Positions 63,431 through 64,000 of a DNA stretch of 64,000 nucleotides are shown here, in pieces. This stretch comes from an uncultured delta proteobacterium (GTDB lineage Bacteria > Desulfobacterota > Binatia > Binatales > Binataceae), in contig CAVVGR010000009.1 in NCBI GenBank assembly GCA_963747845.1, forward strand, positions 137,865-201,864, written 5' to 3'. Under the pieces are notes generated by a model. That model was not told the DNA's origin, did not search any database, and saw nothing but the letters and a program-made list of their open reading frames with translations. A program made the position numbers and the translations under genes. Numbering within the stretch: the stretch's first letter is position 1; every line of letters starts with the position of its first letter.

Positions 63431-64000
63431 CTACCGCGGCGGCATTCGCAGCGCACCATCCAGGCGAATCGTCTCGCCGTTCAGCATTTCATTCTCGACT
63501 ATCTGCCGTGCGAGCGCTGCATATTCCGACGGCTTGCCGAGGCGCTGCGGGAACGGAATCTGCGCCGCGAGCGCCTTGCGATTCGGCTCGGGCAATCCCG
63601 CCAGCATCGGAGTCTCGAAAGTTCCCGGCGCGATCGTGCAGATGCGGATGCCGAGCGACGCGAGGTCGCGCGCGATCGGCAGCGTCATCGCCACAACGCC
63701 GCCTTTCGACGCCGAATAGGCAACTTGCCCGATCTGTCCGTCGAACGCAGCGACCGACGCCGTGTTGATAATCACGCCGCGCTCGCCGTCGGCGCCCGGC
63801 TGATTTTTCGCCATCTGCGCGGCGGCGAGTCGCGTCACGTTGAAAGTTCCGATGAGATTGACGGCGATCACCTTGCTGAACAGGTCGAGCGGATGCGGCC
63901 CGTCCTTGGTGACCGTGCGCATCGCGCGGCCGATGCCGGCGCAGTTCACAGCGATATGAATCGACCCGAACTTCGCGACCGTTTTTGCAATCGCGTCAGT
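63431..64000 (-). CDS. SDR family 3-hydroxyacyl-CoA dehydrogenase (HSD10-like), truncated by window edge
   Basis: [42 protein letters not shown]. Confidence 0.9.
   Translation of the reverse strand, partial: TDAIAKTVAKFGSIHIAVNCAGIGRAMRTVTKDGPHPLDLFSKVIAVNLIGTFNVTRLAAAQMAKNQPGADGERGVIINTASVAAFDGQIGQVAYSASKGGVVAMTLPIARDLASLGIRICTIAPGTFETPMLAGLPEPNRKALAAQIPFPQRLGKPSEYAALARQIVENEMLNGETIRLDGALRMPPR

Overview
A 64-kb, high-GC chromosomal segment from a bacterium. Gene style and content suggest a soil lineage such as Ca. Binatota; this is an inference, not a database result. It is mostly accessory metabolic, transport and stress genes plus a few housekeeping genes (nadE, ilvD, modABC, msrA, xfp-ackA, gadB). 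There are three tRNAs: Ser-TGA, Leu-TAG and Arg-CCT. Each is flanked by small cargo islets, two with duplicated tRNA 3' ends, and no integrase is present. REP-like palindromes recur between genes. At least 14 genes are split by single-base frameshifts, most likely long-read consensus errors. Highlights: (1) a three-gene operon at 32584-35401 encoding an SCP2-like small protein and two paralogous ferritin-like proteins. One keeps a full set of diiron ligands and the other has lost all six, which suggests an undescribed alpha/beta heteromeric diiron oxygenase. (2) A phosphonate cluster linking a phosphonate monoester hydrolase to a TIGR03364-like FAD oxidoreductase and phnX, with no phnW. (3) A sigma54-type promoter overlapped by three palindromic operators, upstream of an APC permease.
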